Shown here: positions 12,860 through 25,969 of the stretch, one piece after another
Position numbering within the stretch: position 1 is the first letter of the stretch
Layout of the letters: every line of letters starts with the position of its first letter
From: Mobula birostris
Lineage: Eukaryota
DNA: 64,000 bases
Direction of reading: 5' to 3'
NCBI RefSeq assembly: GCF_030028105.1
Contig: NC_092377.1
Span: forward strand, 109,045,379-109,109,378
Program-made: the position numbers and the translations under genes
The notes under the pieces: model-generated
The model's input: the letters and a program-made list of their open reading frames with translations, nothing else
What the model was told of the DNA's origin: nothing
Databases searched by the model: none

Positions 12860-13275
12860 CCTCGCCCTCCCCTTCTATTCCCCATTCTGGGCACTTACCT
12901 CTTCTTCTCAATTGCCCATCACTTCCCTCTGATGCCTCTCCTCCTTCCCTTTCTCCTGTGGTCCACTCTCCTCTCCTACCAGATTCCTTCTTCTCCAGCC
13001 CTTTACCTTTCCCACCCACCTGGTTTCATCTATCACCTTCTACCTATCCTCTTTCCCCTCCCCCAACCTTTTTATTCTGGCATCTTCCCCCTTCCTTTCC
13101 AGTCCTTAAGAAGGATCTTGGCCTGAATGTCGACTATTTATTCATTTCCATAGATGTTGCCTGGCCTGCTGTGTTCCTCCAGCATTTTGTGTGTGGGTGT
13201 GTGTGTGGTGTGTGTGTGTGTCTGTGTGAGTGTGTTGCTCTGGATTTGCAGCATCTGCAGAATTTCTTGCGTTTT
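12860..13275 (+). mobile_element. Penelope-derived 3' fragment (CT-rich tract, degenerate hammerhead, GATGCTGCCTGGCCTGCTG tail) with a GT microsatellite
   Basis: Similar to 10500-10882; the hammerhead remnant AGTCCTTAAGA..GAATGTCGACT is at ~13101-13135. Confidence 0.8.
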
Positions 13276-15035
13276 TAAAAAAGAAATGTCACTGTTGACT
13301 CTGTTTCGGTGTAGATTGTAATTGTGCGTGATCTTGCTGTGAGCTTATCAAAAATATTGCATTTTGACGTAGAAAGCGAGGATGTCTTGTGGATCTCCAG
13401 TCCTGGCTTTCTGAAAAAACTGACCTATTTAACCCTTTGTCAGAAGCTGTTCTCATCTTTCCTTACGGTAAAGGTCCTGAGACCTGTGTGCAATTAGCCG
13501 AATGCTTTGGGAATGCACAGAAATACTGAACACACAAAAATGAGATGTTAAGATTCTCGCAGTGTCTGGAAGATTTTGCAGTAAGTGTGATGTGAAGAAA
13601 CAGATGTTTCATGTACAGAGTAACCTGTGATTAATTATCAGAACAGCCGGGAAACTCCCTCGCATCGGGCAGTACAGGGCCGTCCAGTCAGGCGAGCGGG
13701 TACTGTGTCATGTAGGTGAGAGGTAGGATCTCTGGAGGGGTATGGAGTTGGTGGGACGTCCCTTCGGAACGGAGATGGGAGGAAATTCTTTGGCCTGAGG
13801 GTGGTGAATCGGTGGAATTCATTGCCACAGACTGCCAAGTCATGGGTGTAATTAAAGCAGAGTTTGATAGGTTCTTGAGTAGCAAGGGTGTTAAAGGTTA
13901 TGGGGAGAAGGCAGGAGAATGAAGTTGAGAGGGACTAGCCTGATCAAATGGTGGAGCAGACTCGATGGACTGAATGGCCTAATTCTGCTCCATAACTCTG
14001 GTCTTATGGATCTCATTAAGAGACGACACATGCGCTAAGATGGCACTCCCTTGGAGCTGGGCTGCGATAGGCGTGTTTAAAATGGGGCCTCTGACATGAG
14101 AGTACTTGCCCAGGAGCTGCAGCACCCACTCCCTGCTCAGCCCGGTGCCCAAACCTGCCCAAGGAAGGGCAGCCTGTGACGCTGCTTGGCAGCCGCATGG
14201 TCTGCTCTGACTGGTTTTGATTTGTGAATGGAATGTCCCTTTGAAATAAGATAGTGCTAAACCAGCCCCTACGTGCAGGGCCAGGTGAATTAATACCGAG
14301 GGGAAGCTTGTCATTTAAACCCTTTCCTAGGGTCTCACGGTGACATTTTTACCTGGGAGTAAGTTCACTACTTGGACCAACCTGACCATGTTACCCACCG
14401 CCTGTGTGGGCACAGTACCTGATCGGGATGGAGACGCTTCAACATGGGATGCCAGCTGTTTATTACTTAGCAAAGAAAGCTGGAAATGGGTCTGCTGTGA
14501 GAAGAAGGAATTTCACTCCCCTGGAGGAAATTGCTTACATGAACACTGATTGTGGAGATCATGGGCTATACTCTGACAACAGCTCCCTTTCTACCTCCTT
14601 TGCCCAGAAGAACGCATGGGGCGAGAGCAGTGCTCGGCTTCTTTAGGTGGGTGTCTACATAAGCCTCGAAGTTGTATATTGAGGCCAGCTGCTTCCCTTT
14701 CGACACCAGTTTGGGCTCTGTGCCAGATTTTAATCACTGCACTTTAGGCAGCCACACCACCCTGCTGAGAGTTCTGTCAGTCAGTACTCCTTCCCTCGGC
14801 TTCCTGATGTTTTCCCTCCTGGGCTGGCGGTTGGAGATGTGCTGTCTCACTGTTGGAGAATGCCCAGTCAACTTTCCAATTCAGTATCTCTCACGCTGAG
14901 CCGCAAGTTGCAACTCTGTCAGGTTCCCCATTAACTGAGTGAAGCAGAACTTGGTCAGTGTAGACTGGTTATGCTTCATTTCCAAATTAAATGTTTATTC
15001 AGAGTATTTAAAGTAGCTCTATTCATAGGGTTATG

Positions 15036-15168
15036 AACAAGAGAAAATCTGCAGATGCTGGAAATGCAAGGGACACACACAAAATGCTGGAGGAACTCAG
15101 CAAGCCAGGCAGCATCTGTGGAAAAGAGTACAGTTGACATTTCAGGCCGAGACCTTTGGGCAGGATAC
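15036..15168 (-). mobile_element. Short Penelope 3'-end copy with a degenerate hammerhead
   Basis: Reverse complement reads TCCTGCCCAAAGGTCTCGGCCTGAAATGTCAACTGT..GATGCTGCCTGGCTTGCTGAGTTCC..CAGCATCTGCAG. Confidence 0.85.
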
Positions 15169-16929
15169 ATCTTAGAAATAGACCCTTCAGCCCGATATGT
15201 TGATGCTGACTATCAAGTACAGATCTGTCCTAATCCCATTTGCCATCGCTTGACCCATGTCCTTCTATACCGATACAGTTCTAGTGCTCACCCCGAGAGC
15301 TAAATGTAGTGAGAGTATCTGGCCCCACCACCTTCACAAGCCGTGCATTCCAAAAGTCCTCTGCCTGAAAAGAATCCTTCCTCAAATCCCCTTCAATCTT
15401 CCCACCTTCAACCAATCCCATCTGCTTTTGGGCATCTTCATTACGGGGGAAGGTTTCTTGCCTTCCATAATTTTCCATGCTTTTATCCCCCCCCCCCCCA
15501 AACAGGCTCCAGTACTCTAACTTAAACAAACCAAGTGCTCCAGTCTCCCCTCATTACTTTCTTGGGTAAATCTCCTCTGCACCCTCTTCAGTACAGTCGC
15601 AATCCTTCCTTTGGTATGGTGACCAGAATGGTACACAGAACTTCATCTGTGGCCTGCTCAAAGTTCGATGAAGTTGTCATGGCTTCCTTGCTCTTAAACT
15701 TGCAAGCTAATGAAGACAAACATCCTATGTGGCTCCAGAACCACCAATTTATGTAGAACGGTTTCAAGGAATTTGGGGTGAAGTGGGAGGCTGGGCGAGT
15801 CATTGCTCAGTGGCAGATGGAGCATCTGTGTTCAGTTCCATTCCCTGCAGCTCTGAGAATCCCTCTTTTGGGAATATCCTGGTACCTGCACACCCTCCTG
15901 TCCGTGTGCTGCCCAGAATCACTGGGCGCTGCTGTCCAGTTGTAGACCTCACTCTTTCGCACTTGGACAATGACGCTGAATCTTTTAACTGTGCCTTCAA
16001 CACATCTCATTACTTGTCCACCACTGCTACAGCTCCTGCTGTTCCTCTCAGAACTGTGACTTTTCCATCTCTGGCACAACTGTTTCACAGCTGCTTTAAG
16101 TTTCAGCTGGCTCCTGTCTACCTGATACTGAGATACATCCTAGGAAGCTCTGGGATACACCATCAGTGATGTAACCTGGGGTCATCGGGTGTTTCTGCTC
16201 GTTCAACACCAAACACTCTCTCCCAGCCTGGGTTGATCAGGCCCGGGCTTGTGTCCCAGTAACATTAGTCCATGGGTCACGGCTCTTGATCCTCAGCCAT
16301 CTGGAGGCTCACTCAGCATCTCTGTGATGGTTCTGATGGCTCTTTTCTTTGTCACCCTCGTAATTGTAAGGGGAGAGTAGGTTCTGCAGGGCAAGCAGCC
16401 AGCAAAACCTCTACACCCCACCTCTACAGACTCACATCGTGCCCTCCAGCCCTGTCGCTGGCACTGTTCTACCAGCTCCCGGTACTTGGCTTTCTTACAC
16501 TTTGAACCTCCTCAATGCGGTCTTCCCAAGGAACTGTCCGCTCTACCGTGACCACCTGTGTTGAGGTTTCTGACAGAATGACCATGTCAGGTCTCGGGAT
16601 GATAATGTGATAAAGTCAGGGATCTTTAATTGCTTTCCCAGATCAACTTTCAGTTGCCAGTCAGATGCAGATTGGAGGGTGGCATGTGTAATTACACTAC
16701 TTAATGAGGGAACGAGAGAAAAAAACAACACCCAACAGAGTGGTCTGTCTCTTCTTGGTAGCAGGGAAAATGCTGGAGTGCAGTGTAACAGACACGCAGA
16801 GAGCACCAGAAGAATTTGACACCATTAACATGGATGTTCATGTTTGACAAAGGTACCAGGACCTTTGAAGATGTTGCTTGAGCAGCTGTGTTTTTATTTT
16901 GGGGGGTGGGGGGGGGAGGTGGCTTTCAG

Positions 16930-17240
16930 AAAGGTGCTATGGCATAGCAGTTACCTATGGTAACGTTATTACGCCGCCAGCCATAAGATTGGAGTTCATT
17001 TCTCACCACTGCCTTTATGGCGTTTGTACGTTTGCTCCATGATTTCCTCTGAGTACCCCAGTTTCCTTGCACGTTTCCAAGTCGTGTGGGTTAGGGTCAG
17101 TGAGCTGTGGGTACGCTGTGTTGGAAGGATGAGAACACGTGTGGGCTGCCCATCACAATCCTCAGTGGTTCGATTTCACGCAAGTGGTGCATTTCCCTGT
17201 ACGCTTCGAGGTACATGTGACAAATAAAACTAATCTCCTT
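16930..17240 (+). mobile_element. tRNA-headed V-SINE/HE1-like SINE (representative; related copies at ~18110-18340-, 18830-19050-, 20720-20935+, 26870-27120-, 36985-37235-, 42430-42870-, 51700-51930-, 54760-54980-)
   Basis: Pol III A/B-box-like head (TGGCATAGCAG..GGAGTTCATTTC) and the V-domain-type core GTTTGTACGTT..TTTCCTC..GTTTCCT..CCAAAGAC, repeated many times in the window. Confidence 0.6.
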
Positions 17241-20200
17241 AATCTCTCTTTTGATAAAATTCCCCTTGGAGGTTAGTGCACAGATTAAAGCATGTGACAG
17301 AGTGGTACCGTGGCCTGGATTGATAGGGACAAAAAATCTTTCTCAGGATGGTAGGGGTGATGAGTGGCATTCAGTTTGGATGAGGGAACCAAATGTAATA
17401 TTTTGAAGTTTGCCAACAACAAGGGACGAGATGAATTTGTGAGGAGGACACAAAGAATACAGGTTGAATTTGAAAAGTTGAACAATTTGGTGAAAACACA
17501 GCAGGTGCACGTACTGTGGAAGTAACCACTTGCACTGACAGACAGTAAGGACCCGGGTATTTTAACTGTTCCGAGATTGTGAAATGTTGGTGCACAAAGG
17601 GATCTGGTGTTCTTGTACACCAGTCACTGAAGCAAACATGCAGTACACCAAACACTAAAACAGTGGTCTTTCATTGTAAAAGGCTGTGAGTACAGGATGC
17701 CTTCCTGTAATTACACAGAGACCACACTGCAGTACTGTGGGCTATTTTTGCCTCCTCAGCCAAGGACAGGTGTATTTTCCATTGAGGGGTGCAGCAGGGG
17801 TTCACTGGCCTGATCCCTGGCTGCTGTGAAGAAATCAGTAGCAGAGTTGATGTACCTTTTGATCAGAGAGTAATGAATTAGTCATCTAGTCTATGAGTGG
17901 AGATAGCAGACGTTATAATCAAGAAAGTGGGGCTGTGGTTCTGTCTCACAGTATTGAAGTGAGCTAAAAGGGGGTTCCTGGAGCCTGCTCTTTGGGACCT
18001 TTTGGTAAGGGCCTTTTCCCTGAACACTCTCCCAAGACTCCTCAAGGAATGTGTCAGCCTCCGATTTGACTAACTCAGTGCCTGAGCCTCCACAGCCTGC
18101 AGCGTAGAGAAGGTTCATAAAGATTTGTTTTATTTGTCACGTGTGCATTGAAATTTCAAATCACGCAGTGAAATGCCTCATTTTGTGTCAACAACCAACA
18201 GGGTCCGCAGATTGTGGTTGTGCTTCTGCTGCTAACACAGCGCTCCCAGAACTCACTAACTCTAACCCGTGTATGTTTGGAATATGGGAGGAACCCCACA
18301 CGACCGTGGGAAGAACGTACAACCCCTTTGCAGACATCCTGAGTGAAGGCGCTTCTCTTGGTCTTATTCCTAAGTGCCGACCTTTAATTCGAGACTGCAA
18401 CCCCTCAGTCCGGTTTCTCGGAGAAACATCCTCTCTGTAGCCTGTCAATCTGTGAGAACTTTGGAGGTTTCGGTCAGGTTTTCTCTGGTTTTTCAAGCTC
18501 TGGCAAATGCAGACCCGCGTGGAGTAATCCCCATATCTCTGCAGCCAGCTTAATTGGATAAATACACCCTACCATATGTAAAGGGGGCTGGAACCATACA
18601 CAGTACACTGGACCAGTCTCACCAAGGCCCTGTACAATCATGTTGATATTTCCTTCCTCCTGCCATCGAGCCCCCTCACTGTGAGGCCCAGCTGATCATT
18701 TCTGTGCCTGCACACTGACTTCACTGACTTATGGAAGCTATGTACAATTTTTGCATGAAAGAGCAGGGCTTGAATTAAAAAAAAGTCTGCCCAAATGTAG
18801 CTGAGGAGACTGAACAAAATTCAGTGGTGTATTTATTTATTTAGCGATACAGAGTGGAACGGTTCCATCCAGCTGAATGAGCTACACAGCCCAGCAACCC
18901 CCGCCCCCCCCAATTTAACACCCGCCTAATCGCAGGACAACTTACGATGGCCAGTTGTCCTACTAAATGGTACACCTTTGGAATGTGGGAGGGAACGAGA
19001 GGTAACCCATGTGATCATGAGGTGAATGTACAAACTCCTTATTAGTGCAGCTGGGTGATTAATGGTTGGCACAGACTTGGTAGGCCGTAGGGCCTGTTCC
19101 TGTGAACTGTCTGAGACTTTGTCTTTGTGCCTCTCCCTGCTCTCTGTGCCCTATAGGGGGCTCCACATTGGGCCATCCCAGCTTAATCCTCTGCAGAAAG
19201 GCATTTACCTCTCTGGCTAATCCCTGTGTCCAGTGGAAACCCCTGGTGTTTATTACGGAGCTCCTGCCGTTGGAGACAGTAGGGAGAGGGTGAAGTCCCT
19301 CCCACTACTCGAAAGGTGAACCTACACCCCTTCTGTATCCTTCCCAGCTGTGCAGAATGTGCTGACCTTGGCCAGGCCCTGCAATAACTCTGTAAGCTGG
19401 TGGCTGAGTTAGATTTAGCAATGAGCAGAGATTGCATTAGTTACCTTTTGGTCACTTAATCCCTGGCTCAGCACTGTACCCTGTAAACTCTGTTAATAAT
19501 TCACCCTGGAACCTGCAGTAAGACCTCTGTTTGAATCAGTTTATTGGTCTCAAACTCTAATCTGTATCTATTTTTGGGCTATAGTAATAGCAGACAGCTT
19601 CAGCTAAACAAGGTCCCCCATCATGGCATTAAAGAGAACTTTAGTTTACAACTGGCTGCAGTGTTTGTCAGTTTATCTTCTTGGCTGGAAGTGAAATGTC
19701 TGCCAAAGCCTCTTCAGTGAAGAGCCTACGTTCCAAATTTAACAAAACTGCGTGAATTTCCATCTGAGTTTAAACCAATCACCCCAGTGGGAGAGGAGTG
19801 GCTGGTCTTGTTAATACTGAGAGACCATTTCTGTCTGCTGCTTTAACTTGGAACTTTAGCAAGTATGTAATGAAATGGTAAAATTTATAATGCCTGTTCA
19901 TTTTCACCCCACTTGGAGGTGTGACCTTGACTGGAAGCAATAATGTAACCATTCCGATTCAATTATTTGTCACAAGTACATTGAAAAATGAAGTGAAATG
20001 TGCCTTTGTGTTAAAAACCAACACAACCCAAGGATGCGCTGTGGGCAGCCCCAGAGTGTAGTCTTGCATCCCAGCGCCAATGTCTTCATCTTCATCTCCA
20101 CATCTTGATGACTTTTCACTTCTACCCTTCCCTTTAATCATACTTACTCTCCCTCTCAGAACTCTGCCACAAGTGGACGCACCCCACTGTCTCACAGACT

Positions 20201-22680
20201 TTGAGTTTCTGTTGAATGGGTCTATGGGTCATCCAGTACTTTTTGTTGCGGGGGGGGGGTGAACTGCTCTGGCAGTAAGATAGCATTCAGAGTCAGAATC
20301 AGGTTTAATGCAATTTGTTGACTTAGGGGCAGCGGTAGAATGTCATACATGATAATAGAAAAATCTGTGAATTAGATTAAGTATATGGATTTTAAATAGT
20401 TAAATAAGTAGTGCAAAAACAGAAATTAAAAAAAAGTAGAGACAGTGTCCATAGGTTCAATGTCCATTCAGAAATCAGTGAATCTGGTTGGTTGCAGGTG
20501 ATTCTGCATTGTTTCTCGGAGAGATGGGTTTCTGGGCATTCCGCGGATTGGGGTCTGCTGACAGTGGGCCCTGGTATAAGATCTGCCATGATTCTACCCA
20601 CTGGTGGAATGATCTCAGGGTGACTGGCCCATTCTGGCCCCCATCATGCCCTCTCTATGCCTCCCCTGTGTTTACCTCCAATGAGCGCGAGGAACTCCGC
20701 TCGGCACCTGAGGGGCCACGGTAGAATAGAGGCTAGCACAACGGCGTCATTCCCCAGCCCTGACTGTACACTCTCCCCATGACCCTGTGGGTTTCCTCCC
20801 ACATTCCAAAGACCTACGGGTGGGTTTACTGAGTTGTGGACGCACTATGTTGGTGCTGGGACTGTGGCGACACTTGCACATCCTCGGACTGTGTTGGTCG
20901 TTGACACAGTGCATGTGAAAAGTAAAGCTAACCTTCAAAGTGTTAAAAAAGATGCAATACGAGGTATCCATTTGGGACTTCCTTCCGTGTAGTTTGAGCT
21001 ACGTTGGGATGCTGGTCAGTCATCGGTTCTGTTGCTGTGCACTGCTTCGTGTTCCTTGTCCCCACTCCCAGCACACCCACAGTTGCCTCTTACACACCTG
21101 ACTGAGCCCAGGGGCAGGTATCCACACCGCCTGCTGCCTCGGATTTCCTCCACCCACCTCCCCACCTCCCCTCACTCCTGATCCTCCTCATTCCCGAATC
21201 TCCAGCTCCTCCCCTTCCCCGCCCCGGCCCACCCACCCAGATCCCAGAGGGAGACAAACTGATCTTGCTGTCTGACCTCGGTGTTGGATTCGGAAAGGGT
21301 GAAATCTCTGGAATGGCTTTTGACCACTGAGGACGAGGAAAGGAAAGGTCATTTGGAGCACACTCCTGAAATGACCAGTGCCCGGCTTTCCCAGAGAAAC
21401 TTGTGCATGGTCTCGTGGCAACATCCCCTCCCCCCCCCCCCCCCCCACATCCTGCCATGGGCATCTGTGATGATGCCATTGTCCTTTTGATACCCTTGTC
21501 TACTTCCCTGGGTACTGATAACTGCGGGCCACTTCTAAACCCATGTCCACTGGCCTGCCTCAGGACTACGGTGGTGATGGTCATCTTTCTGCTGGAGCGC
21601 TAGGCAGAGTGGTGGTGGATGCCACTGACTGCATCACAGTCTGGTATGGAGGGGTGGTGGGGGCTGCTCAACAAGATCAAAGTAAGCTGCAGAAACTTAT
21701 AAGATTAGTCAGCTCCATGGGCACTAGCAGCCGTGGTGTCCAAGACATCTTCAAGGAGTGGTGCCTCAGGAGCATTGTTGCCATTGGGTAGGAGGCACAG
21801 AAGCCTGACGCACACACTCAGCGATTCAGGAACATTGTCGTCCTGTCCGCCATCCGATCCCAGAATTGACTTTGAAACCATGAACATCACCTCACTACTT
21901 TTTTAACTTGTTTTTGCACTGCTTATTTAAATTTAACTATTTAGTAGACATTATATCGCTTATTACTGTAATTGATTATTTTTCTCTATTTATCGTGTAT
22001 TTCATTGTACAGCTGCTGTAAAGTTAACAAATTTCATGATATATGCCGGTGATATTGGACCGGATTCTTTTAAATGACAAAGACCTAGGGGTGTTGATGT
22101 TCAGGGGGTTTTGGGAGCAAGTCCATAACGCCCTGAAAATGGTGAACACAGGATGATAGGGCAGTGAAAAGACATCCTTAGCTGGGAAATGTCAACCACT
22201 AGGCTTAAGGTGCAGGGTGGGGGGGGGGGGAAGGTTAAAAGAATTATGAAGCATATTGTTTTACTGAAGAATGGTGGGTGCTTGGAATGGGTTGCTGGTG
22301 ACTGGTAGAAGCAGATATGATGGCAACATTTAAGAGGCTTTGGAACAGACACATAAACAGGCAGTGCACGGAGGAATATGGGCCACATGATTACAGGTGG
22401 GATGAGTTGCTTGTCATCATTGTTGTCAGGGACACGGTAGACTGAAGAGCCTGTTCTGTGTTCTGCATCGTGTTACCGTTGTATGAAACTTTGGTTAGAC
22501 GCAGTTGGAGCGTTGTTTACAGTTCTGACCACAACACTCCACGAAGGATGTGGTAGCGATAGAGGGAGTGCTGAAGAGATTCACCAAGATGTTGGCTGGA
22601 TTTAGGGTGCTGTAGTTACAAGGGTGAGCGAGGCATCGGGAGGTGACTGAGACAGAGCAAGGAGGGGCAATATTATACAC

Positions 22681-23802
22681 CACGGTTTCTCAACTGGGTT
22701 CTGCAAGAGGACGCTAGGTGAGAGATTGTGACAAAAAAAAACATTGTTTTTTGCACTTCACACGATGCTAGCACTCACAGTGAACTACCAGCCCCGATAG
22801 CAATCTCATTAGAGGTCACTCAGCCCAGTATGGCAGTGCGCACTAGGACTCTGTTCATTCTCAGTTTTTGACATGAGATAGAGGAGGCAGTTGATTGGTG
22901 AGCGCTGTATTGTACGGGGGGGTGGGGGACAGTAGGCTGATAATTGCTGAGTGCTGTATTGCACAGAGGGGAGGATGGTCGGCTGATAATTGGTGAGTGC
23001 TGTATTGCACAGAGGAGAGGACAGTCGGCTGATGAGGGGCATGAAGTGGGTTTTCTGAGCACTGAATGGACTCACCCAATTTGAGATTTACTGACCTGCC
23101 CCTGGACGAGTTCTGGGTTTCTGTGAAAGAAGAGTATCCTGCCATTCATAGGAAAGCAATGAACATTTGACTGCAGTTTTCAACTTCTTACACATGTGAG
23201 CAAGCTTTCCCTTGTTTAATAAGCATCAAGAGCAATGATAGAAATCATCTCATTTCATTTGAAGGTGAAATCCGTGTGTGCTTATCTCAAGTTCAACCCT
23301 GGATTGAGTATTTGTGGAGTAAAAACAAGCACAGGTTTCACATGCTAGGCCTGTAATTGAGCCTGTTCCTGTCACTTAGTAAGAAAATGTTTTTTCAAGG
23401 TCTTGTATAAAATTGTGTCTTAAGCTATATTCTTATTCATATTGTTTGAGTTATGGTTTTTAGTAACCTTACTAAAATCCTATTTTGGCTTAAGCCAGTT
23501 ATTTAACAGAAATTTATTATGTTTTCCTTATGAGTTTTGAAAATTTATGAAAGGGAAAGAAATTAATTTCAAGAAAGGAAAGCTAAGCTTAACTACCTGT
23601 TTTTTTTCTAAGAAAGGTTGGCTAAAAATTTATTCTCTACTCAAAAGAGTATTGAGGATTATTTTTGGATTATTACAACTACAATTTACTAATCACACTA
23701 ATGTACCGTGAGCTGTGATATAATAATTTTTACGCAGGGGTTCCCTGAGACCTGAGAATTATTTCAAGGGTTCCTCCAGGGCAAAAGGGTTGAGAAAGGC
23801 TG
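22681..23802 (+). mobile_element. hAT (Charlie/Buster-type) DNA transposon fossil, internally deleted, nested in a CR1 fragment
   Basis: TIRs CACGGTTTCTCAAC / GTTGAGAAAGGCTG. The region ~23080-23345 translates to LDEFWVSVKEEYPAIHRKAMNI*LQFSTSYTCEQAF..DRNHL..EIRVCLS..QAQVSH, the hAT C-terminal dimerisation region. Confidence 0.8.
22885..23035. repeat. ~43-bp tandem repeat (about 3.5 copies) inside the hAT fossil
   Basis: Repeated GGCTGATAATTGSTGAGTGCTGTATTGCACAGAGG. Confidence 0.8.
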
Positions 23803-25969
23803 GTCCAGATGGATGAAGATGATTACCGATATCGTGATGGGAGCATTTTAATCCCCGTGAGATGACCGAGGTTGAGATTGCATAGTGTCAAGCAGTGAGT
23901 GGACAGAACAAGGAAAACGGAATTCCTGAAAGAAAGTAGAAACGATTATAGATACAACTTGGACCCTCAGTGTGGCCTATTGACTCTCGTTCTGTGTGAA
24001 TCTTGTTTTACGAGAATCACGTTTTCTTCTCCTCTGAAACATAACCTCCCCACGCAGACTGTGCCCCTCGCTGGGGCAGTTTACCACGATCAGCCACCTT
24101 GCTTTTAGAATGTGGGAGGAAACCCACGCAGACACAGAGAGAACTGCAAACTCCGCAGGGCGCGCACCGGCTGTCAGGGTTGTGTGTAGCTTGCTGGTTC
24201 TGTGAGTGGAAGTCATCCCAGCTGATGCAGATGATGGAACTGCTCAGAGACGGTGGTCAGAAAGAGCTTTAATATGGAGAGGCGGCCGTACCTCCCTCAG
24301 GAACTGTTGGAGCAAGCAGAAAGACGAAATGTGACAGGATGTTCAGAGTATGACTGAGTTAGAGGCAGATAGAACAATCCCTCTTAGCTAGAGGGTGGAA
24401 TGGTGTAATCAGAATCATTTCCACTCTGCTGCCTTTCCCACTCTACCTTGCCACAATTCACCTAGCTTATCTGTTGGATCAGGTCCAACACTGGGTCTGC
24501 AGGAAACTCTTCTAGTCACCAGTCAGGTACCAGAAGAAATCCTGTCCGGGTTTGCCTGTCTGACTTCACCTGAGCCAGAGTGTTCACATCAGCAAGTCAG
24601 GTTTGGGAGGACTGGGATTTGAACCATTCCTCGTACCTGCTGGTGGGGGGGGGGGGGTGCAGGATGGCCCGCTGAGGGTCTCCAGTACTTTTTTCTGGAC
24701 CTCACTGAAGCTTAGAGGGCTGTAATAGCCAGTGTGACAGGGCAAGACAGGCTGGAGGTTTCCCCAGCCGGCACTAGGGCCCAGAGTAATGCTTGAAGTG
24801 AGGAGAGAGTTCCTCGCTGGGGTTGGTGAACCACATGGTTCTCTACCCGAAGGCTCATGAACCCAGGAGACATAAAAGGCATCAATCCCAACCTTGATTG
24901 GGTGCTGATTGTGGGGGTCTGTATGCTCTCCTGTGACTGTGTGGATTTTCCTGGGTGCTTCACATCCCAAAGATTTGGTAAGTCACCTTGATGTTGGCAG
25001 AAGGCACTGGGAGTGGTTGGGATGCGGGAGGGAATGGATTACAGGCAATCTAGACTGGAATGGCAGGGGGTGGGTCTCTAAGCAGGAGGCAGCCATGGGA
25101 TAAAGAGAGTTATCAGCGAGAGCAAGTGTAATTGAGACAGTCAGGGGCAGAGGAAAGACAGGAAATGGAATACTCGGTTAAACTGCATTTATTTTGAAGA
25201 TTGAGGTTTAACGGGCAAGGCAGACAGATTGAAAGTGTGGATTGGCTCAGGACTGGGATGTTAGGGGCATTACAGAAGCACAGCTGAGTGTGCAAAGTAC
25301 GGATACTTCAGGTGCAACAGTGATACGGGTACGGGGGGAAGCAGTGTCATTTCCCATAACGGACGGCCTCACAGCAGTACTTACAGTTGACATTCTTGGG
25401 GGACTGTCCAGTCAGGTCAGAGACAAGAATGAGATGGTCACTCTAGTGCAGAGATTCAACCTTTCTTTATGCCATTAACAAAAGGGTCTGTAGACTCCAG
25501 ATTGGGAACACCTTCTGTAGTGGGTCTGTGTTAGATTTCCTCCGGTACTCAGTGGGAACTTAAGGAGCAGATGTGTAGAGGAATTGCTTGTAGTTCAAAG
25601 TTAACAGTAAATTTATTACCAAAGTACATGTATGTCACCAGATAGAACCCTGAGATTCATTTTCTGGTGGGCATACTCAATAAATCCATAGAATAATAAC
25701 CATAATAATCAATGAATGACCACACCAACTGGACTACAACCTGTGAGCAAAAGACAACAAACTGCAAATACAAAAATAAATAAATATTAATAATAATAAA
25801 TAAATATCGAGAGCCTGAGTTGAAGAGCCTTGAAAGTGAATCCATAGGTTCTGGGAACATTTCAGTGATGGAGCCAGTGAAGTTGAGTGAAATTATCCCC
25901 TTCGATTCAGGAGCCTGATGGTTGAGGGGTAATAACTATTCCTGAACCTGGTGGTGTATAATTGTAAGT

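Noticed and set aside
16170-16428. Possible solo LTR (TGTAAC..CTACA)
   Set aside because: No matching target-site duplication and no second copy in the window.
16930-17020. tRNA gene from A/B-box-like motifs
   Set aside because: No cloverleaf; it is the decayed head of a repeated SINE.
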